Shown piece after piece: positions 9,702 to 20,280 of a stretch of 64,000 nucleotides of DNA. This DNA is from Gammaproteobacteria bacterium (GTDB lineage: Bacteria > Pseudomonadota > Gammaproteobacteria > GCA-001735895). Within the stretch, counting starts at the first letter, position 1, and the number at the start of each line of letters is the position of its first letter. The notes below the pieces were generated by a model, which was not told the origin of the DNA, searched no databases, and saw only the letters and a program-made list of their open reading frames with translations. The position numbers were made by a program, and so were the translations under genes. The stretch is taken from the NCBI GenBank assembly GCA_050306135.1, contig JBNLGQ010000029.1, positions 43,585 to 107,584 on the forward strand, written 5' to 3'.

Positions 9702-9905
9702 TAGGTGTGCAATAATTTTACTTGATAAGGTAGAAAGTATAATCATACCACTTTTTCAACATTTAAACGGATCTCGCACCCCGTACTATTGCAATATATA
9801 GAAAGCTTGAATTTAATATGTGAAATCTATTCGAGAATACATCGTTTACTATCTTCTTATACTAGTGAAAACCGTACGAATTTTTTAATATTAGATCTGA
9901 CAACT

Positions 9906-10325
9906 TCATTTCAACCTATTCCTGATACCACTAACAAAACCTCCAAGTACAGGAATATGCTCGTACAACATCGCACCAACATCATAATAATCGCGATGAA
10001 AATAAACCAGATCATCAAATTTTAAATGACTCACACCATCAACATGAATGGTTTTAGATTTATTCAAGCGAGGATGCTGGAAGTGCATGGTCCAGATGAC
10101 AAAAGCCTCCTGTTCCTGTTCTGTTACCTGATGGATTTCAAAATTACAATGTAATAAATCTTCCATCATGTTTTTGAAATATTTATCCAGTGCCTGTCTG
10201 CCCTTCATATGGTGTATAGGGTCTATGAACTCAATATCCTGGTGGTAAACCTGATTCAATCCGCTCAGGTCAGCACTGTCTAACTGTTGATAAAATTGAT
10301 TGAACTTTTCCAGTGTAGGATTCAT
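9906..10325 (-). CDS. NTF2/SnoaL-like fold protein, last gene of the photolyase operon
   Basis: 139 aa, assigned by pattern similarity to the SnoaL/ketosteroid-isomerase-like family. Its start lies 2 nt after the phr stop. Confidence 0.45.
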   Translation of the reverse strand: MNPTLEKFNQFYQQLDSADLSGLNQVYHQDIEFIDPIHHMKGRQALDKYFKNMMEDLLHCNFEIHQVTEQEQEAFVIWTMHFQHPRLNKSKTIHVDGVSHLKFDDLVYFHRDYYDVGAMLYEHIPVLGGFVSGIRNRLK

Positions 10326-10327
10326 TT

Positions 10328-11713
10328 TTATACCTTTATGGCCTGATAACGCAATAGCGTTTCTTTACGGGCCTGATCGTGGTCAACGACAGGCGATGGA
10401 TAGTCGGACTTGATGTTTTGTAATTTAAACCATTGTTGAGGTTTATGAATATATTTCTCCGGAACGTCTTTAAGTTCTTCCACCCAGCGTTTTATAAATT
10501 TTCCCTGTCTGTCGAATTTTTCACCTTGCAGGGTTGGGTTGAAGATTCTGAAATAGGGGGCTGCATCCGCGCCGGTACCTGCGGCCCATTGCCAGCCTCC
10601 GTTATTAGAGGCGAAATCGGCATCGATTAATTGCTGCATAAAATACTGTTCGCCACGCCGCCAGTCTATTTGCAGATCTTTGGTGACAAAACTGGCTACG
10701 ATCATGCGCAGTCGATTATGCATCCAGCCGGTTGCATTTAAGCAGCGCATGGCGGCATCAATGATTGGATAGCCGGTTTTTCCTTCACACCAGCAGTGGA
10801 AAATATGATCATCATTTACCCACAGCAGGTTTTCCATCTTGTCTTTAAAACATTTGTTTTTTGACAGGTCTGGAAAAGCAGTCATCAGGTGTCGATAAAA
10901 CTCTCTCCATATCAATTCATTAACCCAGGCGAACCCTTTTTCACCGGGACTAAGCGGCAAGTGTCCTAATGCAGACTCGATAGCTTGCAAGCATTGTTTT
11001 GCAGAAATAACACCGATAGCCAGGTAAGGGGATAACTTGCTGGTTCTGTCTTCTGCGGGGAAGTTACGAAATGCTTCATAATCCAGCAGATGTTGTTCAC
11101 AGAATCTATTGAGTCTTTCCAAAGCGGCCTGTTCACCTGCTGGCCATTCTAAATCGTTACCTGTTAATAGCCGGTCCCCTTTTGCTTTATTGAGTAATTC
11201 TGGTACCTGTGCCAGTGAAAATCCCTGTTGGTTAAACTGTTTCAACCAGGCATTTCGGAATGGCGTGAAAACACGAAACATTTCATTGTTTTTGGTAACA
11301 ACGCTGCCAGGCGGTAAAATACAGCCCCCTTTTAATCGATAAAAAGGGATCTTAATTAGGTCTCTTACCTGGATGTCCCGCCTGTCTTCATTCAGGCCTG
11401 TATCCCGGTTGGCAAATATTGCAGCAATATCCCGTTGTTCGATAAATTGTTTAAGTAAATCGGGAACTTGAGAATAAAACTCACACTGCAGAATATGCAG
11501 TTCAATGGAATGTTCTGCCAGACTTTCTTTAAGTAGCAGCAGATTGTCATTGATAAAATTTAGTTTTCTGGCCCCTATACCATGTAACTTATCCTGCCCC
11601 GGGCAGTGTATGTATACCGCACTCAGGGAGGTAGCATCCTTTGAAGCGTGATACAGCGCCGGGTTGTCCTGAACCCTGAGATCACTTCTGAACCAGACCA
11701 AATGATTTTTCAT
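10328..11713 (-). CDS. phrB: Deoxyribodipyrimidine photolyase (CPD photolyase, class I)
   Basis: 461 aa. It has an N-terminal photolyase alpha/beta domain ('MKNHLVWFRSDLRVQDNPAL') and a C-terminal FAD-binding domain ('WREFY', 'TGYPIIDAAMR', 'GWMHNRLRMIVASF', 'DADFASNNGGWQW'). Confidence 0.85.
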   Translation of the reverse strand: MKNHLVWFRSDLRVQDNPALYHASKDATSLSAVYIHCPGQDKLHGIGARKLNFINDNLLLLKESLAEHSIELHILQCEFYSQVPDLLKQFIEQRDIAAIFANRDTGLNEDRRDIQVRDLIKIPFYRLKGGCILPPGSVVTKNNEMFRVFTPFRNAWLKQFNQQGFSLAQVPELLNKAKGDRLLTGNDLEWPAGEQAALERLNRFCEQHLLDYEAFRNFPAEDRTSKLSPYLAIGVISAKQCLQAIESALGHLPLSPGEKGFAWVNELIWREFYRHLMTAFPDLSKNKCFKDKMENLLWVNDDHIFHCWCEGKTGYPIIDAAMRCLNATGWMHNRLRMIVASFVTKDLQIDWRRGEQYFMQQLIDADFASNNGGWQWAAGTGADAAPYFRIFNPTLQGEKFDRQGKFIKRWVEELKDVPEKYIHKPQQWFKLQNIKSDYPSPVVDHDQARKETLLRYQAIKV

Positions 11714-12527
11714 GTTGTTTTACTAGTTGCGTGATTGATGCTGTGTAGGGGCTTTTAAGCCATTTTTTGCTGTGGTAAATCTGCCCCATTTCTCCTGAGT
11801 AGTAACAGTTGTCAGGCAGTTTTGAGACTCTATCTGAAAACCAGTTGGCACTTAGTCCACTACCTAAAAGAATAATAAAGGCCTGTACCTGCAGACGTTC
11901 AGATAACAGTAACAGCTGAACAGGATCAACCTGGCCAAGGTCATAGCATCGACATTCCAGACTTTGCAGTTCATAGCGTGCGAGCTGTGCATCCAGCGGG
12001 CTGAGGTTGCCAGCCTGTAGCAATGCAATACGCGGTCCGGTCTGGATTGAAATCATTTTTTCGATTTTACTCGAAAGCTGATTACGCGCCGCCTGTTCAA
12101 TCAGGTCTTTGTCGGGCCTTTGCAACATGGATAATTGCTTTAGCCACGGTTCGATAATTTTTCGTAACCATAATTCAGCCGGGTAAAGTTTGGATGTCTG
12201 GGTTATCAGAGCTTCCAGTTGATTGAGCTTTAATGACAGTGCCAGAGTCATTAATTCATTCTGAATATTTATCCAGTTATCGTTGACTGTCTCATTCTCT
12301 GGATTATCCAGTAATGATCTAACCTGTCCAATACTGACCCCTTTATCCAGCCAGTTTAAGATCTGTCTTATCAGCTGTATGTCATCATCACTATAGAGGC
12401 GATGACCACTTTGCCTGCGCTCGGGCTTAATCAGACCATAACGGCGTTGCCATGCACGCAGCGTGACCGGGTTCACCCCGGTAATTTGTGAAACTTCACG
12501 AATAGGATATTTTTGCTCAGAGTCCAT
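11682..12527 (-). CDS. MerR-family transcriptional regulator (photolyase-operon associated)
   Basis: It has an N-terminal MerR HTH ('YPIREVSQITGVNPVTLRAWQRRYGLIKPERRQSGHRLYSDDDI'). The roughly 180-aa C-terminal domain is uncharacterised. I see no B12-type DxHxxG motif. It overlaps phr and the upstream gene. Confidence 0.7.
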   Translation of the reverse strand: MDSEQKYPIREVSQITGVNPVTLRAWQRRYGLIKPERRQSGHRLYSDDDIQLIRQILNWLDKGVSIGQVRSLLDNPENETVNDNWINIQNELMTLALSLKLNQLEALITQTSKLYPAELWLRKIIEPWLKQLSMLQRPDKDLIEQAARNQLSSKIEKMISIQTGPRIALLQAGNLSPLDAQLARYELQSLECRCYDLGQVDPVQLLLLSERLQVQAFIILLGSGLSANWFSDRVSKLPDNCYYSGEMGQIYHSKKWLKSPYTASITQLVKQHEKSFGLVQK

Positions 12528-13467
12528 AACGCAGGGCCAGTTCAGGAGGATGGGGAGTCAGATAATGCTGTTGAGCAATATAATCATTGGGATGCTCACT
12601 CAGATAGTGTTGAATCATGGTCAATGGTGCATGTATGGGTAAAGATCCCATGCGGTAATCATCGATCAGTTTAATCAGCTGTGAGCGTTGTTTGCTGGTC
12701 ATCTTGTCTTTGAAATAACCGTGTAAATGCTGCAGGGTATTGCATTGATTCTTGCGCGTTGCGATGTGTTTCAGTGCAGACATAAACTTCAATTCATAGG
12801 TCTGTGCAATTACGTGGATATCACCTGAGAGGTCAGATAACAACTGGCCTAATTCCTGGTAGCTGCGTGGATGATGCGCCATCAGCATATATTTGTAACG
12901 ACTATGAAAGTCGATTAATGAAGCAGGGCTGATGCCATCTTGCTGAAGAGTCTTCCAGTTGTGGTAAGCATAAAGTCGTGTGATGAAGTTTTCGCGTAGT
13001 TGAGCATCGTTGAGGCGACCGTTTTCCTCAACCGGCAGGGCCGGGTACATTTGCATAATGTAGTGCGCATAGATACCAATACCATCACTCTGGCTGTATC
13101 CGTTCTCGTGATAGATTTTTACTCTTTCCATGCCGCAGCTGGGTGATTTAGCGCAAAAGATATAGCCGCTTAAATGATCCAGTTTTTGAGCAGTGAGGTG
13201 CGAGAACGCTTCCAGTGGTGAAGTTAGGTTCCGGCCATCTTTGCATTTGGCTATTATCTTTTCATTGGATAGCTCAAGACGAATAGTTGGACGAGGTGTG
13301 CCCAGGCCTATGCCCATCTCAGGGCAGACAGGTACATAACGCACATAATCCTGCAGGCTATCCGTGCAGAAGGCGCTACGTTTATGTCCACCGTCGAAAC
13401 GTACTAGCTGGCCGAGCAGGCAGGAGCTGATACCGATATGTGGTATATTTTTGTCAAAGTTATACAT
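12517..13467 (-). CDS. DUF523/DUF1722 (YbgA-like) fusion protein, first gene of the photolyase operon
   Basis: 316 aa. E. coli has ybgA (DUF1722) immediately upstream of phr, and fused DUF523-DUF1722 genes are common next to phr. The assignment rests on this synteny plus general family recall. Confidence 0.55.
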   Translation of the reverse strand: MYNFDKNIPHIGISSCLLGQLVRFDGGHKRSAFCTDSLQDYVRYVPVCPEMGIGLGTPRPTIRLELSNEKIIAKCKDGRNLTSPLEAFSHLTAQKLDHLSGYIFCAKSPSCGMERVKIYHENGYSQSDGIGIYAHYIMQMYPALPVEENGRLNDAQLRENFITRLYAYHNWKTLQQDGISPASLIDFHSRYKYMLMAHHPRSYQELGQLLSDLSGDIHVIAQTYELKFMSALKHIATRKNQCNTLQHLHGYFKDKMTSKQRSQLIKLIDDYRMGSLPIHAPLTMIQHYLSEHPNDYIAQQHYLTPHPPELALRYGL

Positions 13468-13586
13468 TTTTATCTATCTTGTACAATTATTTATCTGAGC
13501 ATAAATAAACTTGTACAACTTGGCAAGCTTTGTATAACTAATATGTTAAGCAGGTTTAGTTTCTGGGTAGATAAAATCCACTCGTT

Positions 13587-14570
13587 TTAGTTGGTGCGCG
13601 ATATTTCAAGCTCAATATATTCAGGTGATAGTGTGTTATCGTCGGGAGCTGGTACTGCAGTAGCATCCCTTAAGCGAGCTTCAATGCGGGCTGAATTGAT
13701 GTATTTCTGCTGTTGAATATCTGGATAAAGTCGATGTAAGCGCTCTACGCACAGCGCCTGTCTGGTTGCCTGCTGTTCGAACAGGCTACGTTGTTCTCTT
13801 GTCAGGGTGGGCAGGGTCAGCAGATAAGGGGCCAGGAAATTCAGATAATCTTCAAATATAAAATCGTCGATATTGGTTTGTATGACCTCAGGGATAAAGA
13901 ACTCAGGAAAATAGGCGTTTTCCATTTCTCGCCCTTCCAGTGACTCACTAAGTTCGATCCCCGTCAGGCCGATGGAGATATCGTGCTGACGATGAAACCA
14001 CTGGGCCTGCGGTGATTTGCCTGCCATGGATTTCACCGTGGACTCAAGCAAGCGCGTAAAGGGCTGTTGAGTGCTATTACCCTGTTGTTTGTTACTAAAG
14101 AAATCCTTACAGGCCATACCCGCTGTCCAGCTCAGAGGCAGATCGTAATACAGGCGATTGGCGGCAAAAGAGCTACCCAGTAATGCCAGTGGCTGATCAT
14201 TCTGATCCAGCAACCACAGCTCGAAATCATCGGTGAGAGAAAATGGTGCCTGCTGAGCATGTTGCAGCAGGTATTCATATACCACCAGTCCCTGGCGCTC
14301 CATTTCATTAAAATCTTCCGATGGGTAGAGCGGGCCACGTCTGAGACCACTGGTCTCTGACCAGTGACCAAAACGGATTTCGGTAATCAGCATATCGGGA
14401 GATTGTTCCAGGTCTCGCGTCAGGCTCATATCCTTGACGTAGATATCCCAGTTGACGCCATCGATAGTCACTGCTTCGGCCCCCTGGTATTCGATGATAT
14501 TCATCACACCGCGAAAGGGATTAAGCAATCGTACTGCGTGTCTTTGGATCTGGTTATGCTCGGTGGCCAT
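13587..14570 (-). CDS. Hypothetical acidic protein (327 aa), no recognisable domain
   Basis: The ORF is long and uninterrupted, with codon usage like its neighbours. There is a 119-nt gap before the photolyase operon. Confidence 0.45.
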   Translation of the reverse strand: MATEHNQIQRHAVRLLNPFRGVMNIIEYQGAEAVTIDGVNWDIYVKDMSLTRDLEQSPDMLITEIRFGHWSETSGLRRGPLYPSEDFNEMERQGLVVYEYLLQHAQQAPFSLTDDFELWLLDQNDQPLALLGSSFAANRLYYDLPLSWTAGMACKDFFSNKQQGNSTQQPFTRLLESTVKSMAGKSPQAQWFHRQHDISIGLTGIELSESLEGREMENAYFPEFFIPEVIQTNIDDFIFEDYLNFLAPYLLTLPTLTREQRSLFEQQATRQALCVERLHRLYPDIQQQKYINSARIEARLRDATAVPAPDDNTLSPEYIELEISRTN

Positions 14571-14868
14571 AATTTGATTCTAGAGGATAAATCAACATTA
14601 TGTCGATCAGAAAAGACTGGGTGGGTTATACGCGTGATAAAATGCTGATCACCAAACCAAAGGGATATGTTAAGTAATGAGGAAACCTGAATACCTTAAA
14701 GGAATTGAGAAATAAGGTTGTAAGACCTGTAGTGATTAACACTCGATTAGAAGCTCTTTATGATAGGGGTATCATCGAATCGAGCATAGCTATGAATTAA
14801 GCATAGCTATAGCTTGATAACTGAGCGTTAAAGCAAATGCCGAAGGTGTTGAAAACGCTGAACAGGCC

Positions 14869-15813
14869 CTAACTGTTTACTACAAAGTTGGTGTCGTAGT
14901 TAACGCTGATACTCTCAGAATATAATTGTGATTTTAGTGCCTGCCAGACAGATTCTGAACTGATGATACGGTCATGATCACGATTTCTGGTAACCAGTAG
15001 TTTGCTTAAGGGATATGTGGCACAGAATTTTTTAGAGTCTTCTATGGGGGACTCCTGATCATCAGCATCATGCGCGATGACTGTGTTATGGGCATACTGT
15101 TCAAGCTGTTTTGCTAACTCCAGCTGTGCATACTGTTGTGGGTAACTCCACTTAAACTGTTGCTCATATTGCTTTAAAAAGTGATGGCTAATTTTAAGGT
15201 TCCTGAGTTTACGCAGGAAATACTGTTTGTAGTTGAATATAGGTGAAATCAGGAACAGGTGTAATCCATTAATCAACTCAGGGGCTGCATTAGCGATCAT
15301 TTGGCAGCCTGTGTCATGCCCGACAGCAGCATACAACCCTTCTTGAAAATTATTCTGAGCATACTCTAATACCTGATTCGTGATTTCTATCGATTGTTGA
15401 AGGGTAGCGGGTATTTTCTCACTATCTCCATGCCCCAGGTAGTCAAAAGCAAGAGCTCTAAAACCTAAAGCTTTTAACCCATGCATCAGGGGGAAAAACT
15501 GATAAGCACCTCCGCCCCAGCCATGCGCTAAAACGACTAAGGGCCCAGTACCTGTCTGGTAACAGTTGATTTTCCCATGTTTTGTCTGGATGTATTTCTG
15601 AGTGAAATCAGCTGGAACTTTGAGGGATTGTTTTTTCCTGGTGTTAAATAGATATAATTGTGCATCTAACCTGCGTTTGTACCAGTCCGAAGCGATATGG
15701 TTCCAGCGTAGCTTGAGATTGTTGAACAGATTTGGTTTTTGTTGATTTTTGTCAGTCATAACTTCACAAGAGAGAGCATCAGGTAGTGGTAAGTATTTGA
15801 TAATACCAGTCAA
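14869..15813 (-). CDS. Alpha/beta-hydrolase fold protein
   Basis: It has an 'LVVLAHGWGGG' oxyanion-region motif and a 'GHDTGCQ' nucleophile elbow with Asp in the nucleophile position, as in haloalkane dehalogenase and epoxide hydrolase types. The start could be the internal ATG at 15759. Confidence 0.6.
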   Translation of the reverse strand: MTGIIKYLPLPDALSCEVMTDKNQQKPNLFNNLKLRWNHIASDWYKRRLDAQLYLFNTRKKQSLKVPADFTQKYIQTKHGKINCYQTGTGPLVVLAHGWGGGAYQFFPLMHGLKALGFRALAFDYLGHGDSEKIPATLQQSIEITNQVLEYAQNNFQEGLYAAVGHDTGCQMIANAAPELINGLHLFLISPIFNYKQYFLRKLRNLKISHHFLKQYEQQFKWSYPQQYAQLELAKQLEQYAHNTVIAHDADDQESPIEDSKKFCATYPLSKLLVTRNRDHDRIISSESVWQALKSQLYSESISVNYDTNFVVNS

Positions 15814-15962
15814 TCTAGACGTCTGGTATTAACAGGAATGGCGAAGTATAGAGAGGCTGGTCAAAAATTTTCAGGTATTGATTCACAAAAGAAGTATCAT
15901 TCTTTAGAAAATATAATGATAACCTTATAATTAAATATTGACACAATCAGAAAGAGAATCCG

Positions 15963-18900
15963 ATGAGTGATTTTCAGTTTCATCCTGCGGTTATGGAATG
16001 GTTTAGCAAACATTTCGAACGGCCATCCGAGATCCAGGCACAGGCATGGCCAGCGATCCATGCGGGTAAAAACACGCTTATCGCCGCACCAACTGGTTCC
16101 GGTAAAACGCTAGCGGCATTTATGGCGGCTATCGATCATCTGGTACAGGAGGGGCTTCAATTCCCATTGCCAGATGAAACGCGAGTGCTGTATGTCTCGC
16201 CATTAAAGGCGTTATCTAACGATATTCATAAAAATCTCGAATTACCGCTGAATGGTATCCGCGATAGCCTGCTGGAAAACGGCTGTCTGGATGTGCCCAT
16301 ACGTGCCCAGGTTCGCACCGGGGATACGCCTCAGTCGGAACGCACGATGATGAAAAAGCATCCGCCACATATTCTGGTGACTACGCCCGAATCACTCTAC
16401 ATATTGCTGACCTCAGATTCCGGGCGCGAAATGCTGAAAACGGTACGCAGTGTCATTGTCGATGAGATTCATGCACTGGCAGGCAATAAGCGCGGCGCGC
16501 ATCTGACCTTGAGTCTGGAGCGTTTAGCTCAGCTATGTCAGCGACCACCGGTGCGTATCGGTATTTCGGCTACTCAAAAGCCCATCGAAGATATGGCCAG
16601 GTACCTGATCGGGCAGCACGCCGAGTCTGTGCAACGTGAATGTACCATCATCGATACCGGATATGTCAGGGAGCGTGATCTGGCGATAGAAATGACTGGG
16701 TCGCCGTTGGAATCGGTAATGGCTAACGAAGTCTGGGATGAACTCTATAAGCGACTGGAGGAGCTGGTTGAGTCGCATCGTACAACGCTTATTTTTGTGA
16801 ATACCCGTCGTCTGGCAGAACGCGCTGCCGCAGCGCTGGCAGAAAAGCTGGGTGAGGATGCGGTAACCTCGCATCATGGCAGCCTGGCTAAAGAGCATCG
16901 GCTGGATGCCGAGCAACGTCTTAAATCCGGCTCATTACGCGCACTGGTTGCAACTGCATCGTTAGAGCTGGGTATCGATATCGGCGATATCGATCTGGTG
17001 TGCCAGATGGGCTCACCGCGCAGCATTGCTACCTTTTTACAACGCGCCGGACGCTCGGGTCACCAGTTGGCAGCAACACCTAAGGCCCGCCTGTTTCCGC
17101 TCAGCCGAGATGACCTGGTGGAATGTGTCGCTATGCTGGATGCGATTCGCCGCGATGAGCTGGATCGTATTGTCCAACCAAAGCAGCCGCTGGATGTGTT
17201 ATCGCAACAGATTGTAGCTGAGGTTTCCGGGCGAGAGTGGCAGGAACAGGAATTGTATCAGGTATTTAAATCCGCCTGGCCTTATCACGATCTATCGGAA
17301 AAGCAGTTTATCGATATCGTAAAAATGCTGGCCGATGGTTTTCATACCCGTCGTGGGCGTCGCGGTGCCTATCTGCACCGTGATGCAGTGAACGGCGTGT
17401 TACGCGCAAGACGTGGCGCAAGACTCACTTCTATCACCAATGGTGGTGCGATCCCTGACCAGTTTGATTACGATGTTATCTTGCAACCGGAAGGGCTATT
17501 CGTCGGTACCCTGAATGAGGATTTTTCGTTTGAAAGTATGCCGGGTGATATCTTTCAGCTGGGCAATATCTCCTACCGCATTCTCAAGATTGAACAGGGC
17601 AAGATGTATGTGGAAGATGCGCATGGGCAACCTCCTTCGATTCCATTCTGGATTGGTGAAGCGCCAGGGCGGACGGATGAACTCTCTTTAGCCGTATCTC
17701 GTCTACGTGAAACCATCGATGAAAAACTTCAGCAGGGTCAGGATGAAGCCTTACAGTATTTACAGAATAACCTGCAACTGGAAGCGATAGCTGCCACACA
17801 ATTGCTGAATTATCTGGCGAACACAAAAGCCGTGTTAGGTGTGATACCGAGCCAGCATAATATTGTCTTCGAACGTTTCTTTGATGAAACCGGAGATATG
17901 CATTTTGTGATACATGCACCTTTTGGTTCCAGAGTGAATAAGGCCTGGGGTCTGGCATTAAGAAAACGCTTCTGCCGGCGCTTTAATTTTGAACTTCAGG
18001 CCGCTGCCAATGAGGATAATCTGATTCTTTCATTAGGCCCGACACACAGCTTTCCGCTCGATGAACCGGCGAGTTATCTGAAATCTGAAACCGTGGAGCA
18101 TATTCTGGTACAGGCATTACTGGATGCACCTATGTTTCCGACGCGCTGGCGCTGGGTGTGCAATACCTCGCTGGCCGTGCCACGCTTTCGTGCCGGAAAA
18201 AGAGTACCTGCACCTTTTCAGCGTAATGATGCAGAAGATCTGGTGGCACTGGTGTTTCCCGATCAACTGGCCTGTTTTGAAAATATTCAGGGCGAGCGCG
18301 AAGTACCGGACCATCCCCTGGTGAATCAGGTGTTACAGGATTGTCTGCATGAAGTCATGGATATAGATGGCCTGAAACTGATACTGGATGGTATCGCTTC
18401 TGAGCAAATATCAGTGACCACTAAAGACCTGCCAACACCCTCACCCATGGCTCATGAAATATTAAATGCCAGACCCTATGCATTTCTGGATGATACTCCT
18501 GCTGAAGAAAGGCGCGCGCTGGCAGTCAAACAGCGACAGCATGGCGATCCGCAATCGGCGGCAGAAATGGGACGCCTGAATCCGGATGCCATACAAAAGG
18601 TAAAGGATGAAGCCTGGCCGGATGTGCGCCATAAGGATGAATTACATGATGCATTGGTGCTGATGGGGTTTATTGTTGAGGATGAGGTTAGAGCACAGGA
18701 CAGCAAAAGCTGGCAGGAGAACCTCGCTCAACTGCAAACGGGCCAGAGAGCGACGCGATTGTTTAACAGCGAAGGAAAAACGCTCTGGGTCGCTTCTGAA
18801 CGATTACAGATGATGCAGTGCGCCTGCCCGACATTAGAAATGAAGCCTCAGATTCAGGCCATTGACGGCAATGAAGCCGAATCGAGTGAACAGGCGTTGA

Positions 18901-20267
18901 TCGAAGTCATACGTAGTCGACTGGAAGGTCTGGGGCCGGTTACTGAAGCTCAACTGGCTGAACCTTTACCAGTAGACATCTCTGCTATACATCAGGCCTT
19001 ACTGCATCTGGAGCAGGAAGGTTTTGTGATACAGGGGCAATTTACTCCAGGCTTAAATCAACTCGAATGGTGTGAACGCGGACTGCTGGCTCGCATACAT
19101 CGATATACCCTGAAGCAGTTACGTAACGAGATTGAACCGGTCAGCCCTGCTGATTTTATGCGCTACCTGTTTAGCTGGCAGGGTCTGGATGATCCGGGTG
19201 AAGGCATTGATACGCTGGAGCGAGTGATGTTACAGCTGGAAGGCATCAGTGTTGCTGCTGCCAGCTGGGAAGATGAAATTTTACCTGCACGACTGCAGCC
19301 GTATTTTTCTACTCAGCTGGATGAGTTATGCAGCTCAGGTCGTCTTACCTGGCTGCGCATTAAGAATACAGCACAAAAAGAAAACAAACGTAAGAACCCC
19401 GCAATCAAGACCACCCCGATCACTTTTGTGTACAGGCCGAATCTGCCAATGTGGGGCCAGCATATTGAATTTGATGAGGAGGGTCTAAGTTCATCCGCCA
19501 ACAAGGTGCTACAGGTGTTGAAGCAATGGGGCGCGAGTTTCTTTGATGAATTACAGCAGCAGACGGGGCTATTAAAAACCCAGCTGGAAACGGCACTGGG
19601 AGAGCTGGTTGCCTGGGGACTGGTAAACTCGGATCAGTTCCAGGGACTAAGGGCGCTGGTGAGTCCAGTGAAAAGATCACACCCGCAAAGACGTCGGGCA
19701 GTAGTACAGACACCGCTAGCTGCTGGTGGGCGTTGGTCATTGATACGTCCGGTAATGGACAGCGCTGATAAACGACAAAAGGCTGAACAGATCGTACGTA
19801 CCCTGCTAACCCGTTACGGAGTGGTATTCCGTAAGCTACTGGAACGTGAGCATGGCCTGCCGCCATGGTATGAGTTGCTGTATGTATTACGTCGCATGGA
19901 AGCACGCGGTGAATTACGTGGGGGACGTTTTGTGCAGGGTTTTGCGGGTGAGCATTTCGCGCTACCAGAAGCTGTAAGCCTGTTGCGTGAAGTAAGGAAA
20001 CAGAAAGATTCAGATCAACTGATCAGTATCAGTGGCACTGACCCGTTAAATCTGACCGGGATTATCACTCCGGGTAAACGCATGCCAGCGCAATCGGGTT
20101 ATCGCATTCTATATCGAGACGGTAAGCCGGTAGCGAGCAACCAGAATGGTGAAGTGATTATCGATGAACAAATCCCACAACAGGATCATTGGCAGATCAA
20201 GAATCTGCTGACCCGAAAACATCACCCAGCCTCTTTCCATAAACCTCCAGCGGGGCGGTTGTTTTAA
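15963..20267 (+). CDS. lhr: Lhr-type large ATP-dependent helicase (DEAD/DEAH box, superfamily 2)
   Basis: 1434 aa with Walker A 'APTGSGKTLAAF', 'VDEIHAL' (DExH), and 'HHGSLAKEHR'/'QRAGRSGH' helicase C motifs. The length and domain order are those of Lhr. Confidence 0.85.
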   Translation: MSDFQFHPAVMEWFSKHFERPSEIQAQAWPAIHAGKNTLIAAPTGSGKTLAAFMAAIDHLVQEGLQFPLPDETRVLYVSPLKALSNDIHKNLELPLNGIRDSLLENGCLDVPIRAQVRTGDTPQSERTMMKKHPPHILVTTPESLYILLTSDSGREMLKTVRSVIVDEIHALAGNKRGAHLTLSLERLAQLCQRPPVRIGISATQKPIEDMARYLIGQHAESVQRECTIIDTGYVRERDLAIEMTGSPLESVMANEVWDELYKRLEELVESHRTTLIFVNTRRLAERAAAALAEKLGEDAVTSHHGSLAKEHRLDAEQRLKSGSLRALVATASLELGIDIGDIDLVCQMGSPRSIATFLQRAGRSGHQLAATPKARLFPLSRDDLVECVAMLDAIRRDELDRIVQPKQPLDVLSQQIVAEVSGREWQEQELYQVFKSAWPYHDLSEKQFIDIVKMLADGFHTRRGRRGAYLHRDAVNGVLRARRGARLTSITNGGAIPDQFDYDVILQPEGLFVGTLNEDFSFESMPGDIFQLGNISYRILKIEQGKMYVEDAHGQPPSIPFWIGEAPGRTDELSLAVSRLRETIDEKLQQGQDEALQYLQNNLQLEAIAATQLLNYLANTKAVLGVIPSQHNIVFERFFDETGDMHFVIHAPFGSRVNKAWGLALRKRFCRRFNFELQAAANEDNLILSLGPTHSFPLDEPASYLKSETVEHILVQALLDAPMFPTRWRWVCNTSLAVPRFRAGKRVPAPFQRNDAEDLVALVFPDQLACFENIQGEREVPDHPLVNQVLQDCLHEVMDIDGLKLILDGIASEQISVTTKDLPTPSPMAHEILNARPYAFLDDTPAEERRALAVKQRQHGDPQSAAEMGRLNPDAIQKVKDEAWPDVRHKDELHDALVLMGFIVEDEVRAQDSKSWQENLAQLQTGQRATRLFNSEGKTLWVASERLQMMQCACPTLEMKPQIQAIDGNEAESSEQALIEVIRSRLEGLGPVTEAQLAEPLPVDISAIHQALLHLEQEGFVIQGQFTPGLNQLEWCERGLLARIHRYTLKQLRNEIEPVSPADFMRYLFSWQGLDDPGEGIDTLERVMLQLEGISVAAASWEDEILPARLQPYFSTQLDELCSSGRLTWLRIKNTAQKENKRKNPAIKTTPITFVYRPNLPMWGQHIEFDEEGLSSSANKVLQVLKQWGASFFDELQQQTGLLKTQLETALGELVAWGLVNSDQFQGLRALVSPVKRSHPQRRRAVVQTPLAAGGRWSLIRPVMDSADKRQKAEQIVRTLLTRYGVVFRKLLEREHGLPPWYELLYVLRRMEARGELRGGRFVQGFAGEHFALPEAVSLLREVRKQKDSDQLISISGTDPLNLTGIITPGKRMPAQSGYRILYRDGKPVASNQNGEVIIDEQIPQQDHWQIKNLLTRKHHPASFHKPPAGRLF

Positions 20268-20280
20268 GGTTGCTATGTTT

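Noticed and set aside
9789-10025. 78-aa plus-strand ORF overlapping the 3' end of the NTF2-like gene
   Set aside because: It is antisense-overlapping, and the minus-strand gene has the better context, being coupled to phr.
14132-14648. ORFs 14132-14371 (-) and 14364-14648 (+) overlapping the 327-aa hypothetical gene
   Set aside because: They are alternative-frame or antisense ORFs inside a longer, better-supported ORF.
16533-19905. Several antisense ORFs inside lhr (16533-16916, 17584-17958, 18476-18706, 19420-19905)
   Set aside because: They are embedded antisense in a 4.3-kb helicase gene with clear motifs, which is typical of the GC-skewed coding strand.
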